From: an uncultured Solirubrobacterales bacterium
Lineage (GTDB): Bacteria > Actinomycetota > Thermoleophilia > Solirubrobacterales > Solirubrobacteraceae
Direction of reading: 5' to 3'
DNA length: 64,000 nt
NCBI GenBank assembly: GCA_963831945.1
Contig: CAWHSC010000003.1
Location: 1,694,519-1,758,518, forward strand
In this document: positions 1 to 9,802 of the stretch, piece after piece
How the letters are laid out: every line of letters begins with the position of its first letter
Position numbering within the stretch: the stretch's first letter is position 1
The notes under the pieces: model-generated
Databases searched by the model: none
What the model was told of the DNA's origin: nothing
Seen by the model: only the letters and a program-made list of their open reading frames with translations
Translations under genes and position numbers: made by a program

Positions 1-845
1 ACGTGGCTGGGGGTGCTCGGCGTGGTCTTCAGCGACGGCACCTACTTGAACTCCTACTACGTCGCAGCGCTGTCGCCTGCGACCGCGGCGCTATGCGGGA
101 TCGGCGCCGCGGTCTGCTGGCGCCGGTGCGGGAGCCCCGAGGCGCGCATCCTGCTCGCCTGCGCCCTACTTGCCTGTACCTCTACCTGCTGCTCGGCGCG
201 ACCGCGGTGCCGCAGTGGCTGATCCCCTCCGTGCTCGCCGTGGGACTCGCCGGTTCCGTGGCGACTCTGACATCCCTCCGGCTGCGCGGCGAGGCGCCCG
301 CGGCACGCCCCGTCGCGGCCGCCGTGTTCGCCTGTGCGCTGCTGCTGCCCACCGTCACCTCCGTGGAGGCAGTCGTGCGCAACGTCGGCCCCTTCACCGC
401 CCCCTTCGAGCCGGAGGCAACCCTGGTCGGCCGCATCTCCGTCGCACAGCTGCAGTCCGCCATCCAGTCGAGGGCGAGCCGCATCTCCTCGACCTCCCAC
501 ACGCCGAGCGCGTTCGCCACCGACACCTCCTCCACAGCCGCGACCTACATCTACTACACCGGCCGAGAGATCCTCCCGATCGGCGGCTACCGCGGCGGGA
601 TCCCCTCCCCCACCCTCACCCGCCTGCAACAGTACATCGCCACCGGCGACCTGCGCGCATTCCTCATCCCCATCGAACCCCCGAGCGAGGACCCCCGCCT
701 TGTGTGGGTGCGCACCCACTGCAAGCAGGCCCAACGGCTACCCCGACGCGACCACGTCCAACTCGCCATCTATGACTGCTCACCACACACAGGACGTCAA
801 ACGGACCGGCGGCGGGCATCCCCGCGCTTGGCCCCAATACCGTAA
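1..845 (+). CDS. Glycosyltransferase family 39/ArnT-like membrane protein, 3' part (5' end outside window; frameshift near 175)
   Basis: NSYYVAALSPATAALCGIG (13..222 frame) and YIYYTGREILPIGGY (3..845 frame) resemble actinobacterial GT39/YkcB-type C-termini; hydrophobic segments. Confidence 0.55.
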   Translation, partial: VAGGARRGLQRRHLLELLLRRSAVACDRGAMRDRRRGLLAPVREPRGAHPARLRPTCLYLYLLLGATAVPQWLIPSVLAVGLAGSVATLTSLRLRGEAPAARPVAAAVFACALLLPTVTSVEAVVRNVGPFTAPFEPEATLVGRISVAQLQSAIQSRASRISSTSHTPSAFATDTSSTAATYIYYTGREILPIGGYRGGIPSPTLTRLQQYIATGDLRAFLIPIEPPSEDPRLVWVRTHCKQAQRLPRRDHVQLAIYDCSPHTGRQTDRRRASPRLAPIP

Positions 846-960
846 ATGAAGAAAGCAGAGCGAGCGCAGCGCCAGGGATGCCCCCGTAGCTGGCACATCA
901 GCCGCTCCAAGACGACCAGCGCGGCTACCGACATCAGCGAATTGTTCCTACTGTGGCTTT

Positions 961-1986
961 ATGCTCTGCACAGTCGTATTGGATACCTACAGATGGGACG
1001 ACCGCAAAGCGGTCTGGCGGGCGCTCCGGACCCTTCTACCGTGCGACGGCAACGATTGGTCGTGCAAGGGCCTGTATGTCTATTGGGATCCCGCGACGCA
1101 CGAGATGCTGTACACCGGCCTCGCGGGAAAGCTGGCCGAGCGCTTCGCCCAGCACAATGGTCTCATCCCGCACACTGGCGGAAACAAGCTCAAGAACATC
1201 AGAGCCTGGTTTCAGGAGCACCCGCGTATAGGGTTCACCGTACTGCTCCAGGCCGCCGGCGTCGAGGTTCTTGATGTGATCGACGAGTTGAGCGTTACTC
1301 TAGGTGCGAGCAGCGATGACATCATAAAGGCCGCCGAGGGTCAGGTCATCGAGCTGCATCGCCTCGAGCGCGGGCACCGGCCGCTCTGGAACGACGTAGG
1401 CGGGGCCATCCGCGGCCAGGAATGGGCGGTTGAGACCGAGCGGTCCCTCATACGGGTCCTCACCGCCGAGACCGACAGTCTCTTCGTCGCACGGTCTACC
1501 GTTCGCGACCTCGCCGCCGACGAGGAGGCACAGCGGCACGAGGTGACGATTCACGGAGGCCGCATCCATGCTCTGATGGCAGCGCACGAGGTGACGATCC
1601 ATGGAGGCCGCATCCGTGCCCTGATGGCTGCGCAGCAGGGCGGCATGCCCGAAGATTCAAAGGAGGTTTCGAGACTCATTCTCAAGTCGTTCATGTTGCG
1701 CTACGGCCATCTGATCGATGATCTCTCAGTTTCCGATGCTCAGATCATCGACCGTCTACGCCAGATCGAGGACGGTCGCGTGCTCTCCGAGTACCAAGAG
1801 ATGCGTGCGAGCCTGGAGAAGATGGCCCCGGACATCAAGATCGACGGCGACCGCCAGGTTGCACTAATGCAGTACGTAATGGCCATGTGCGCCGAGCTCG
1901 ACCATCCAGCACAGGCTGCGGCGGTGACTGGACTCTTTCATAGCGACTATCTGAGTCGCTGCCCAAATCTGGCCTTCGACGGCTAG
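961..1986 (+). CDS. GIY-YIG-like nuclease domain protein
   Basis: N-terminal GLYVYW-x7-LYTGLA-x2-LAERFAQH matches the GIY-YIG...R pattern; 341-aa ORF. Confidence 0.55.
   Translation: MLCTVVLDTYRWDDRKAVWRALRTLLPCDGNDWSCKGLYVYWDPATHEMLYTGLAGKLAERFAQHNGLIPHTGGNKLKNIRAWFQEHPRIGFTVLLQAAGVEVLDVIDELSVTLGASSDDIIKAAEGQVIELHRLERGHRPLWNDVGGAIRGQEWAVETERSLIRVLTAETDSLFVARSTVRDLAADEEAQRHEVTIHGGRIHALMAAHEVTIHGGRIRALMAAQQGGMPEDSKEVSRLILKSFMLRYGHLIDDLSVSDAQIIDRLRQIEDGRVLSEYQEMRASLEKMAPDIKIDGDRQVALMQYVMAMCAELDHPAQAAAVTGLFHSDYLSRCPNLAFDG
1537..1632 (+). repeat. In-frame 48-bp tandem duplication (HEVTIHGGRI[H/R]ALMAA x2)
   Basis: Two diverged copies starting at 1537 and 1585. Confidence 0.9.
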
Positions 1987-2588
1987 CTTCGGAGTCTGTG
2001 GCCCCTTGGACGAGATCAAGCACAAACGCCTGCTTCGCTCCCTCTACAGCAGCCTGCGATTGTGGCGGGCTTGCCTCCTGCTGTGGACGAGCAGCAAGCG
2101 TCAATACCACATCGTGGCGACGGTCTCGGGCGATAGCTGCCCGGCTGTGCCTTGGCGGCCGAAGATGGTCCACGGCTCGCTCGCGTGGTTCGCATCGCCG
2201 TAGAGCGTGATGCCGCCGGAGCATTTGTAGTTTTCCCGAAGGTTGGCGAGGACGTTCCCGGCTCCCTCCAGCAGCACGCAGTGCGCACCGCCGGCCAGTT
2301 CGACTGCCCAAGCCGGTTCGGTGGTGGGCGACCGTTCCGGGCTAGGCGGTTCCAGGATTGGCAGTTCGCGCGTGAGATTCATGCGCATGACCTTGCCCCA
2401 CGGTCCGCCTTCTGGGCACAGTACGAAGTGGGCGGCGTGATTCGCGGCAAAGCACGGGTCATAGATGTAGTTCCCGGCCATGCAGCGCCAGGTGTCGCTC
2501 CGGTCTGCGGCCTCGGATGACGTCCAGCAGTAACCGCTAACCGTGCGTCCAGCCTGAACCACGGGATCTTCCGAAGCGCTAAAGGGCG

Positions 2589-4024
2589 GAGCAATTGTCA
2601 AATGTTGTGGATTTGGCGACGAAGGATGATCAGGCGGCGACCCTCTCGTCTGTCGTCTGGTTGTCTTGGTTCTCGTCGTCTGTTGCCTTGATGCCGTCCT
2701 TGAACTTCACGCCGTCGAGTACTTCGGCGACGAGCTCGTGGCCGTTGAACCGGCGCCAGCGCCCCTGCGCTGACTCGAGCAGCTTGTAGGCCATCGCGAG
2801 TGCAGCGGTCTTCGAGCCAGCGCCCTTGGTGACGCGGGTTCGCAGGCGGACGGTCGCGAATGAGCTCTCGATCGGGTTGGTAGTCCGCAGGTGCCGCCAG
2901 TGCTCGGCGGGGTAGTCGTAGAACGCCGTCAGCGGTGTCCAGTCGCGGTCGAGCTTCGCCAGCGCCTTGGGGTACTTTGCGCCGTACTCTTCACGGAACA
3001 CCTCGAGTGCGTGCTTGGCGTCCTTGCGGGTCGAGGCCTCGATGATCTCGCCCAGCAGTCCCTTCGCGCGCGGTTGCAGGCGCTTGGGGAGAGCGTCGAT
3101 CACGTTCCCCGCTGCATGAAACCAGCAGCGCTGCTCGACCGCGCCGGGGAACACGTCCCTGAGTGCCGCCCACGCGCCCAGGGCGCCATCGCCGACGACG
3201 AGCTTGGGCTCGTTCATGCCACGACGCTTCAGATCGCGGAACACGCCAGCCCAGCTCTCGGTCGACTCGCGGTAGCCATCCTCGACCGCGAGCAACTCCT
3301 TGACGCCGTCCTCGCGGACGCCGATCACGATCAGCAGGCACACCTTGGGATCCTCGCCGAGGCGAACCCGGACATGGATCCCGTCCATGAACAGGTACGC
3401 ATAGCGGCTGAAGCTCAACAGCCGCTGACGAAACCGGTCGTGGTGAGCCTCCCACTCCTTACACAACCGACTGACCGACGTCGCAGACAGCCCCGCGGCG
3501 TCCTCGCCGAGCAGGCCCTCAAGCGCTGGACGGAAATCACCGGTCGACAGGCCACGCAAGTACAGGATCGGGATCACCTCCCCGACCTTCGGTGAGCGCC
3601 GCGCATAGGCGGGCAAGATCCGCGAACTGAACCGCTTACGCTCACCCTCCTCATCGACGCGCTTGTCGTTGACCCTCGGCGCCCGGACCCCGATCGTGCC
3701 CGACCCGACCGTCACCTTCCTCTCCCGCGCGCGACCGTTGCGGACCACCTCCCTGTGCCCGTCGCCGTCCAGCTCATCGCTGAACCGCTCGACGTACTCG
3801 TCAGCCTCCGCCCTCAGCGCGGCGGCAATCATCCGCCGCGCGCCCTCCCGCGCGAGCTCATCGAGCGCGAGCGTGATCTCCTCGTTGCCCTCCCCGACGG
3901 GGAGCGTGCGAACATTCGTCATCGGCGTGCCTTCCTGCCGGCCATCACCGGCTTCGGTCTTCAACAACCGGGAAGGTACGCCGCCTCTCCCCTCAACGCC
4001 GTCCACAACATTCGGTTATAGCTC
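2589..4024 (-). mobile_element. IS256-family insertion sequence (1436 bp)
   Basis: Imperfect 24-bp terminal IRs (GAGCaattgtcaAATGTTGTGGAt vs reverse complement GAGCtataaccgAATGTTGTGGAc); 9-bp TSD TAAAGGGCG at 2580-2588 and 4025-4033. Confidence 0.95.
2630..3922 (-). CDS. IS256-family DDE transposase
   Basis: Motifs RNG, LYLRGLST, YLFMDG, VVGDG, EQRCWFH, LRTTNPIES. Confidence 0.95.
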   Translation of the reverse strand: MTNVRTLPVGEGNEEITLALDELAREGARRMIAAALRAEADEYVERFSDELDGDGHREVVRNGRARERKVTVGSGTIGVRAPRVNDKRVDEEGERKRFSSRILPAYARRSPKVGEVIPILYLRGLSTGDFRPALEGLLGEDAAGLSATSVSRLCKEWEAHHDRFRQRLLSFSRYAYLFMDGIHVRVRLGEDPKVCLLIVIGVREDGVKELLAVEDGYRESTESWAGVFRDLKRRGMNEPKLVVGDGALGAWAALRDVFPGAVEQRCWFHAAGNVIDALPKRLQPRAKGLLGEIIEASTRKDAKHALEVFREEYGAKYPKALAKLDRDWTPLTAFYDYPAEHWRHLRTTNPIESSFATVRLRTRVTKGAGSKTAALAMAYKLLESAQGRWRRFNGHELVAEVLDGVKFKDGIKATDDENQDNQTTDERVAA

Positions 4025-4367
4025 TAAAGGGCGCGTAGATGTGCACCGCCGTCGTCTGGGGCCGCGTTGTGGTCGTGCGCGCTACGGTCACCGTCGTCGT
4101 AGACGCGGCGCCGCAGCCGGACGCAGCCGCAGCGACCGACAGCACGGCCGCTCCCAGTGCGCCTCGATACACCGATCGCATGGGCGAAAGCGTACCGGCA
4201 CCCACACCGCGTCCGAAACGGCGACTGCTACTCGATTCCGAGCCCGCGGTCGTGGCCGTGGTCTTGCTCGATACCGTGCTCCCAGGTCTGTTGGCGGTCT
4301 CGCTCGGCCTGGATGGCCTGCTCGATTGTAGGGGTCGCGCAAACTTCGCTCACGTTGATGTCTGCTC

Positions 4368-4598
4368 GTGGACTATGCTTGCTTTATGCCCGACTCGTTC
4401 CAGCTTTCGGCCGACGAGATCAGCGTCCTTGCGGAAGCGTTGAGCAAGGACTCTGCCACCAGCCTCGTTGAGTTGTCGCGCCTGTCGGACGTGCTAGTAG
4501 CGAAGTATCGCCTGCATAGCGGCGATGCTCTCGCGCCTACGGGGCAGCCGCGACAGCTTGTCATCATCGGAGGCGCGCTCGTTCATTCGTCTGATTAG
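4368..4598 (+). CDS. Small hypothetical protein
   Basis: 76-aa ORF with plausible composition; no motif recognised. Confidence 0.3.
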   Translation: MDYACFMPDSFQLSADEISVLAEALSKDSATSLVELSRLSDVLVAKYRLHSGDALAPTGQPRQLVIIGGALVHSSD

Positions 4599-4651
4599 TT
4601 CGATGATCTGTCCGATGCAGTCTTGCAGCTCAGCCTGAAACCGATTGCGCC

Positions 4652-4954
4652 TCAAGCACGCCGGCCGATCCCGCCACCGGAGCGGGTCTCTACCAGCCAG
4701 CACCGGAGGTCCTCGGGGTTGAAGCGCACGTAGTGGCCGAGGCGGTGGTGGGGGATGCGCTCGGCGCGCGCCTGGGCGAGCAGCCAAGTGTGGGGCACTC
4801 CCAGCAGTCGCCCGGCCGCCTTGGCGTCGATGAGCGGCGCGAAGGGCGCGCCGGTCTCGTGGATGCCACGGGCACGGCGCCGGGGAAGCAGCGACGCGGC
4901 CCGTCTGCGTACATGGTGACGCTGCCCTGATGCGCCAGCGGGAAGAGAAAGCAT
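4652..4954 (-). CDS. Excisionase-like HTH_17 DNA-binding protein
   Basis: LIDAKAAGRLLGVPHTWLLAQARAERIPHHRLGHYVRFNPEDL; GGAGG RBS 5 nt before the ATG at 4954. Confidence 0.8.
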   Translation of the reverse strand: MLSLPAGASGQRHHVRRRAASLLPRRRARGIHETGAPFAPLIDAKAAGRLLGVPHTWLLAQARAERIPHHRLGHYVRFNPEDLRCWLVETRSGGGIGRRA

Positions 4955-5033
4955 TGAAACCTCCATCATCGGTCGTGGTTCGCGGTGTGAGGGCCTGTCC
5001 TGAGTGTGTGGAGGCCCATATCGGGGTTGCCTT

Positions 5034-5495
5034 TCAAGAATCTGGGGAGCGCCCCTGGATGTGCAGGCGGACATCGTTCACCGCCGCGGTATGCAGCAGC
5101 ACCCCAAGCTTCGGCTGCCACACCCTGTACTGCGAGCCACACGCCCGCAACCCCGCCCGCGTCGGCGTCACCCACGCCGGCTCGCCGACAAGCACCCGGT
5201 AGGTGCTCACCAGCCCAGCATCGCGCAACCTGGCGAGGACGCGCTGAACGGAGCGCGGGCCGCACCCCAACAGCACCTCGACCTGGTCGGTCCGCGCGGC
5301 GTACTGCTCCGCCAGCCACCCCAGCAGCACCATGTCACGCGGATGCAACAGCATGCCCGGGGCGCTGCGCCGTGCCGTGCGTGCGCGGCGCTCCAGACGC
5401 GAACCCCACCCGGCCACCCCGCGGGCGCGCACGACACCCCCACCGCGCGCCACGCCACCCAGTGTCGTTGAGTGCCCCAGCCTGAGCGGGCTCAT
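5034..5495 (-). pseudogene. Replication-relaxation (Replic_Relax) family protein, C-terminally truncated
   Basis: RDMVLLGWLAEQYAARTDQV...RVLARLRDAGLV...TRAG...LLHTAAVNDVRL, then a stop where the PD-(D/E)XK half would normally follow. Confidence 0.65.
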
Positions 5496-5893
5496 CCCTC
5501 CCGCCCCTTGCCCGGCCCGCGCGTACCGGCCCTGGGCGAGCCCTCGGCGTTCTCGCGTAGGTGCCAGCCGTCCGCGCGGCTGACGAACCGCGTGTGCTTT
5601 CCGCGATACAAATGCGAGGAGACCCTTGCCAACGGCACCCCGAGGCCCTCTGCGATCTCTCCCGCGCGCGAGCCGGGGTGCTCCGCGAGGTACTCCGCGA
5701 CGTCGCCGTAGGTGATCTGTCCCGCTGTGGTCTTTTCCCCGAGTAGGGCTGCCCGGGCGGCCTGTAGACGCTCACGCTCGGATAGAAGCTCCTCGTAGCG
5801 CGCAAGCTCACGGTCCAGTACGGCGAGCTTTTTCTCGATATCAGCGACCACGCCACGAGACGCAACGCCGAGCTCACGAGCACGATCAGCCAT
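5492..5893 (-). CDS. Coiled-coil plus winged-HTH protein
   Basis: Heptad-like N-terminus, then YLAEHPGSRAGEIAEGLGVPLARVSSHL; 4-bp overlap with the downstream gene. Confidence 0.7.
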   Translation of the reverse strand: MADRARELGVASRGVVADIEKKLAVLDRELARYEELLSERERLQAARAALLGEKTTAGQITYGDVAEYLAEHPGSRAGEIAEGLGVPLARVSSHLYRGKHTRFVSRADGWHLRENAEGSPRAGTRGPGKGREG

Positions 5894-5995
5894 AGAGCAC
5901 CTCCGCAGAATCGACATCGTATATCACAGGCACACAGCTTAGCATATCACTGGCATGTCGTAGTCTACATCGCGCCCCGCGGGGTTTGGGGCGTA

Positions 5996-6660
5996 GGCCG
6001 ACGAGCGCAGCGCAGTCGGCCGGAGCCCCACAGACAAGACAACCCCACACTGCTGCCCACCCTTCTTTATTTATCTTTACTTTTTATTTACCTCTCTCTC
6101 TGATCCCTTCAGATCACCACCTCTCCTTGGTCCCCCACCAACCAACCACCACCATCACCACACCACTGTCTTCCCATCCCACCTTCAGGGTCCCGGTCCT
6201 TGACCACCCGTACTCGAAGTTGTGGGCGGGTGGTCAAGGACGCCAAGCGCAGCGAAGGCGAGGGACCCGTTCCGCCACAAACCGCATGACAGAGCCACAA
6301 ACCCGGTGGTGGGCCTGTCGTGAAACCCGCCGCCGGCACGACACCCCGAGCGACGGGCACCGCGACAGCCCTGAGGCGCCGCCGCAGGGGCTTGGTTCGC
6401 GTGTCTCGTTGCATCGCGCTCTGCGGTAGGAGCTCTGCACTTGTGGCGCTAACCGCATAGCTAACTGCAGAGCGCCGCTTGGGCTCAGCTTCGCCAGCAG
6501 CGCGAGCTGGGGAGGGAGCGTTCGCGCTGCGGTGTTCCCGTGCTGGACGGCCCCCGGGTGCGTACTGCGCCAGCAGCTTTGAGCAGTGGGGAGAGCTCAA
6601 GCTGCGGGGCCCCGGGAGACACCCGGCTGGGTGGGTCGCAGTCGGTTGGGATGCCCCTGC
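5996..6660. other. Hairpin-rich non-coding region, candidate oriT/replication origin of the island
   Basis: Perfect 15-bp IR 6196-6210/6227-6241; GGCCGAC..GTCGGCC near 5996-6021; GCGCTCTGC..GCAGAGCGC 6416-6475; pyrimidine/AT-rich tract 6061-6110. Confidence 0.45.
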
Positions 6661-6672
6661 CAGCGCCCGGTC

Positions 6673-6700
6673 TTGACGATTTCTCGTATCGCGTTACAGT
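6673..6700 (+). promoter_or_regulatory. Sigma70-type promoter of the AbiE pair (probably leaderless)
   Basis: TTGACG-N16-TACAGT, with the GTG start 7 nt downstream. Confidence 0.55.
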
Positions 6701-6707
6701 CTAAGGC

Positions 6708-7430
6708 GTGGCTGTTTCGACGAACACTCGCAGCGTGGCCGAGCTGGTGCGCCGGCGGGTTCTCGCTTCCCGTGAGCGCCTCTGGCGGGTCGAGGACTTC
6801 GAGGATCTGGAGCGCCCCGAGGGCTCCCCCTCAGCGCTCAACAGCGAGTTGCGTCGCCTCGTCGCGCGGGGCGAGCTCGCCCGCGTGCGGCGCGGTGTGT
6901 ACTGGCGGGGCAGGCCCAGCCGCTTCGGCGTGCCCGGCGCCCCCCAAGCCGACGCGCTGCGCAAGGCCGTCGGGGAGGACGAGGCCATCGGTGCGACCGG
7001 CTGGCACGCCGCGAACCTGCTCGGGCTCTCCACCCAGGTCGCCCCCGTCGAGACTCTCGCCGTCACCCACCGCCGGCCCGAGGGCATGGGCAAGATCAAC
7101 GTCGCTACCCGCGCCTCCCGCCGCGCCCGCCGCGAGGCCCGGCTCAACGCTCTTGAGGTCACGCTCCTGGAGGCCCTAGAGGGATGGGAGCGCTATGTGG
7201 AGGCCGACAGCGTGACCGCCCTTGACCGCTTCGCCGAGTTGCTCGGCCGCGATGACGTGCGCGTCGATCGGCTGGTCACGGCGAGCCGTACCGAGCCACC
7301 CGTCGTCCGTGAGCGTCTGCGCGCCGTCCTGTGCCACGCCGGGCACCCTGCCGCGGCTGAGCGTGTGCGTCGCGCGCGCGACCCCCGCACCCGCGAGCGC
7401 GCCCTACGGGTCCTGGGCGCACCCTCATGA
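6708..7430 (+). CDS. Type IV TA antitoxin, AbiEi/DUF6088-like
   Basis: SALNSELRRLVARGELARVRRGVY...GWHAANLLGLSTQV; ATGA overlap with the toxin. Confidence 0.85.
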   Translation: MAVSTNTRSVAELVRRRVLASRERLWRVEDFEDLERPEGSPSALNSELRRLVARGELARVRRGVYWRGRPSRFGVPGAPQADALRKAVGEDEAIGATGWHAANLLGLSTQVAPVETLAVTHRRPEGMGKINVATRASRRARREARLNALEVTLLEALEGWERYVEADSVTALDRFAELLGRDDVRVDRLVTASRTEPPVVRERLRAVLCHAGHPAAAERVRRARDPRTRERALRVLGAPS

Positions 7431-8401
7431 CACTCCTGCGCGAGGAGCGCGACGACTTCGCGGGCGCCATCGCGCGCGCCGCCGATGAACTCGGGCTCGC
7501 ACCGCTGTTTGTGGAGAAGGACTACTGGGTCACCCAGGTGCTCCGGGTGCTCGCCCAGGGCTACCCGGGCGCCTTCGTGTTCAAGGGCGGCACCTCCCTG
7601 TCGAAGGGCTACAACCTCATCGAGCGCTTCTCCGAAGACGTCGACATCCTCGTCACGCCCCGTAGCGGCGAGTCCGCCAAAGACCGCGAACGGCAACTGC
7701 GCACCATGACCCAGGAGATCGCCGAGACGCTCGGCGTGGACTCCCTGGAGGCCCGGCCGCCGGGGCGCGGGCGCTCACCCCACCGCGCCGACGTGCTCGC
7801 CTACCCCCGCGTCGTTCACTCCGGGGTCGGCGTCCCGGGCGAGGACCGCGGCGTGCTGCTGGAGACCGGCTACGCCGGAGGCGAGTGGCCGGCAGAGATG
7901 GTCACCGTCGCGCCGCTGCTGAGCACACCACTCGACCTGCGCCCCGGCGAGTATCCGGACACTGACCCCTTCACGGTGCGCGCGCTGCACCCTGCTCGAA
8001 CCTTGCTGGAGAAGGTCTCCCTTCTGCACCACCTCGCCACCAGCCGCGAGCGCGACCCCATGCTCGCCGAGAAGCGCTGCGGCCGGCACTACTACGACAT
8101 CTACCGCCTGCTCGACCACCCTCCCACGCGAGCAGCGCTCGAAGACCGCGGCCAATTCGAGCGTATCCTCGCCGAGATGCAGGTCATCTCCGCCACCCAC
8201 TACGGCGGCTGGACCGAGCGGCCCCACCAAGGCTACGCCGCCGGCCCCGCCTTCTCGCCCGCGCCCGGCTCCCCTTTGCGGCACTGGCTGGAGGAGCGCT
8301 ACCGCGACGCCGCCGGCCTGCTCCCCGCGCGCGTCGCCGGACGCTGGCCATCCTTCGGGAACGTGCTCAAGCGCGTCGATGACCACTCCCGCCTGCTCTG
8401 A
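7427..8401 (+). CDS. Type IV TA toxin, AbiEii nucleotidyltransferase
   Basis: VEKDYWV, FKGGTSLSKGYNLIERFSEDVDI, RTLLEK, RHYYDI. Confidence 0.92.
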   Translation: MTLLREERDDFAGAIARAADELGLAPLFVEKDYWVTQVLRVLAQGYPGAFVFKGGTSLSKGYNLIERFSEDVDILVTPRSGESAKDRERQLRTMTQEIAETLGVDSLEARPPGRGRSPHRADVLAYPRVVHSGVGVPGEDRGVLLETGYAGGEWPAEMVTVAPLLSTPLDLRPGEYPDTDPFTVRALHPARTLLEKVSLLHHLATSRERDPMLAEKRCGRHYYDIYRLLDHPPTRAALEDRGQFERILAEMQVISATHYGGWTERPHQGYAAGPAFSPAPGSPLRHWLEERYRDAAGLLPARVAGRWPSFGNVLKRVDDHSRLL

Positions 8402-8531
8402 GGACGGTCGAGCTGCTGCATAACTCAGGCGCTCGGCGCAGCGGGAGGCCCGCACGTACCCGCTCTCCAGATCACGACCCGGGTCCTCTGGGGCTTCGGC
8501 CGCCCGGCCTGCAAGGGCTCACTGAGAGGCG

Positions 8532-9704
8532 CTACGCGGCCTGTGTCGTGGCCTCCGTGGCGGGGGAGTCTGCTTGGAACGCTTCAGCCACTAGCTGCGC
8601 GTCCTCCTCGCGCGGCGCGTAGTGCAGGTAGCGCATCGTCGTCTGGATGTCCGCGTGACCCATCCACTCCTGCACCCGGCGGATGTCCGCCTTGGCGATC
8701 ATCCGCGTTCCAAAAGTGTGGCGCAGGTCGTGAAAGCGCAACTGCCGCAGGCCGGCGCGTTTGAGTGCCGCCTTGTAGCGGCGGCGCAGCGCTGAGCCGT
8801 CCAGGAACTCGCCCGTCTCGCCGGGGAACACGAGGTCGTCCTCGGCCGTGAACAGCTCGCGCCCGGCCAGCCGCGCGAGTGTCTGCGCCACGTCAGGTGC
8901 GAGCGGGACGGAGCGCACCTTGCCGGACTTCGGTGTCGTCAGTGCCCCGCCCGCGTAGCCCGCGCGGACGCGCAGCAGCGAGCCCGCGAAGTCCACGTCG
9001 CGCCAGTGCAGCGCGATCAGCTCGCCCATCCGCAGGCCCGTGAATGCCGCCGCGAGGAAGATCGCTCGGTCCTGCTCGCCTTCGGCGGCGCGCGCCAACG
9101 CCCAGACCTCCTCCGGGCTGAAGACCTCGATGTCCCCGCTGCGCGTCTGTGGCGGCTTCTCCACGTCCGCCACCGGGTTCACTGGCAGGCCGTACACCTT
9201 CTTCGCCCGCTGGAAGATGCCGTGCAGCAGCACCAGCGCCTTCGTGCGCGTGCTCGGCTTGCGCTCGAACGCGGTGATCCACGCCTCCACGTGCGCGCTC
9301 GTCACGTCCTCCACGCGCAGCTCTCCGAGGGCCGGCACGATCCACGCTTTGACGATCCACCGATAGCCCTGCACCGTCGAGGGCTTGCGGCCCCGGTCGT
9401 GCTCGATATAGCGCAGGTACTCCTCCGCCGCCTGCGCCACCGTCGCGCCCGTGCGCACCATCCCCGGGAGCTTGCCCTGCCGCGCCTGCTCGAGCACCCC
9501 GCGCAGCCACTCCTCCGCCTGGCGCTTGGTGTAGTAGCCCGCCGGCGGCCTGCCGCGCTCGCTCCACGCCGGGCCGATCCGCTTCTGGACCTGGCGGCCG
9601 TCGGGCAGACGGTACTTGGCGTACCACGCCGGGCCCCGCTTGCGCTCCACTCGGAACACGTGCCCGGTCGGCGGCTGGCTGAGAGTCATCGGCGATGCGG
9701 CCAT
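8532..9704 (-). CDS. Tyrosine recombinase/phage-type integrase
   Basis: TGLRMGE, PKSG, FHDLRHT, MGHADIQTTMRY: catalytic residues all present; lies next to the tRNA 3' end. Confidence 0.95.
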   Translation of the reverse strand: MAASPMTLSQPPTGHVFRVERKRGPAWYAKYRLPDGRQVQKRIGPAWSERGRPPAGYYTKRQAEEWLRGVLEQARQGKLPGMVRTGATVAQAAEEYLRYIEHDRGRKPSTVQGYRWIVKAWIVPALGELRVEDVTSAHVEAWITAFERKPSTRTKALVLLHGIFQRAKKVYGLPVNPVADVEKPPQTRSGDIEVFSPEEVWALARAAEGEQDRAIFLAAAFTGLRMGELIALHWRDVDFAGSLLRVRAGYAGGALTTPKSGKVRSVPLAPDVAQTLARLAGRELFTAEDDLVFPGETGEFLDGSALRRRYKAALKRAGLRQLRFHDLRHTFGTRMIAKADIRRVQEWMGHADIQTTMRYLHYAPREEDAQLVAEAFQADSPATEATTQAA

Positions 9705-9774
9705 GCCACATTCTACCACTCTCCCGGGACATATTCGGGACACGCTTTGAACCTGGCGGGATCGGGTCCATAGA

Positions 9775-9799
9775 AAAAGCCCCGATTTACGGGGCTTTT
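9775..9799 (-). terminator. Intrinsic terminator after the tRNA
   Basis: AAAAGCCCCG-attta-CGGGGCTTTT hairpin with a T-run on the minus strand. Confidence 0.75.
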
Positions 9800-9802
9800 C
9801 GA

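Larger units (their letters stand above)
2101..4181 (-). pseudogene. Lipoprotein gene interrupted by IS256
   Basis: 5' part MRSVYRGALGAAVLSVAAAASGC (lipobox)...HIYAPF; removing the IS plus one TSD joins in frame to SASEDPVVQAGRTVSGYCW...TMWY*. Confidence 0.85.
4652..9802. mobile_element. tRNA-Thr-anchored integrative element (left boundary unresolved, may extend past the window start)
   Basis: Integrase abutting the tRNA 3' end, plus Xis, Replic_Relax and AbiE; no second att copy seen. Confidence 0.75.

Noticed and set aside
4916-4960. Solitary CRISPR-like repeat ending ATTGAAAC
   Set aside because: Single copy, no cas genes; it is the reverse complement of the GGAGG-tttca-ATG start of the excisionase gene
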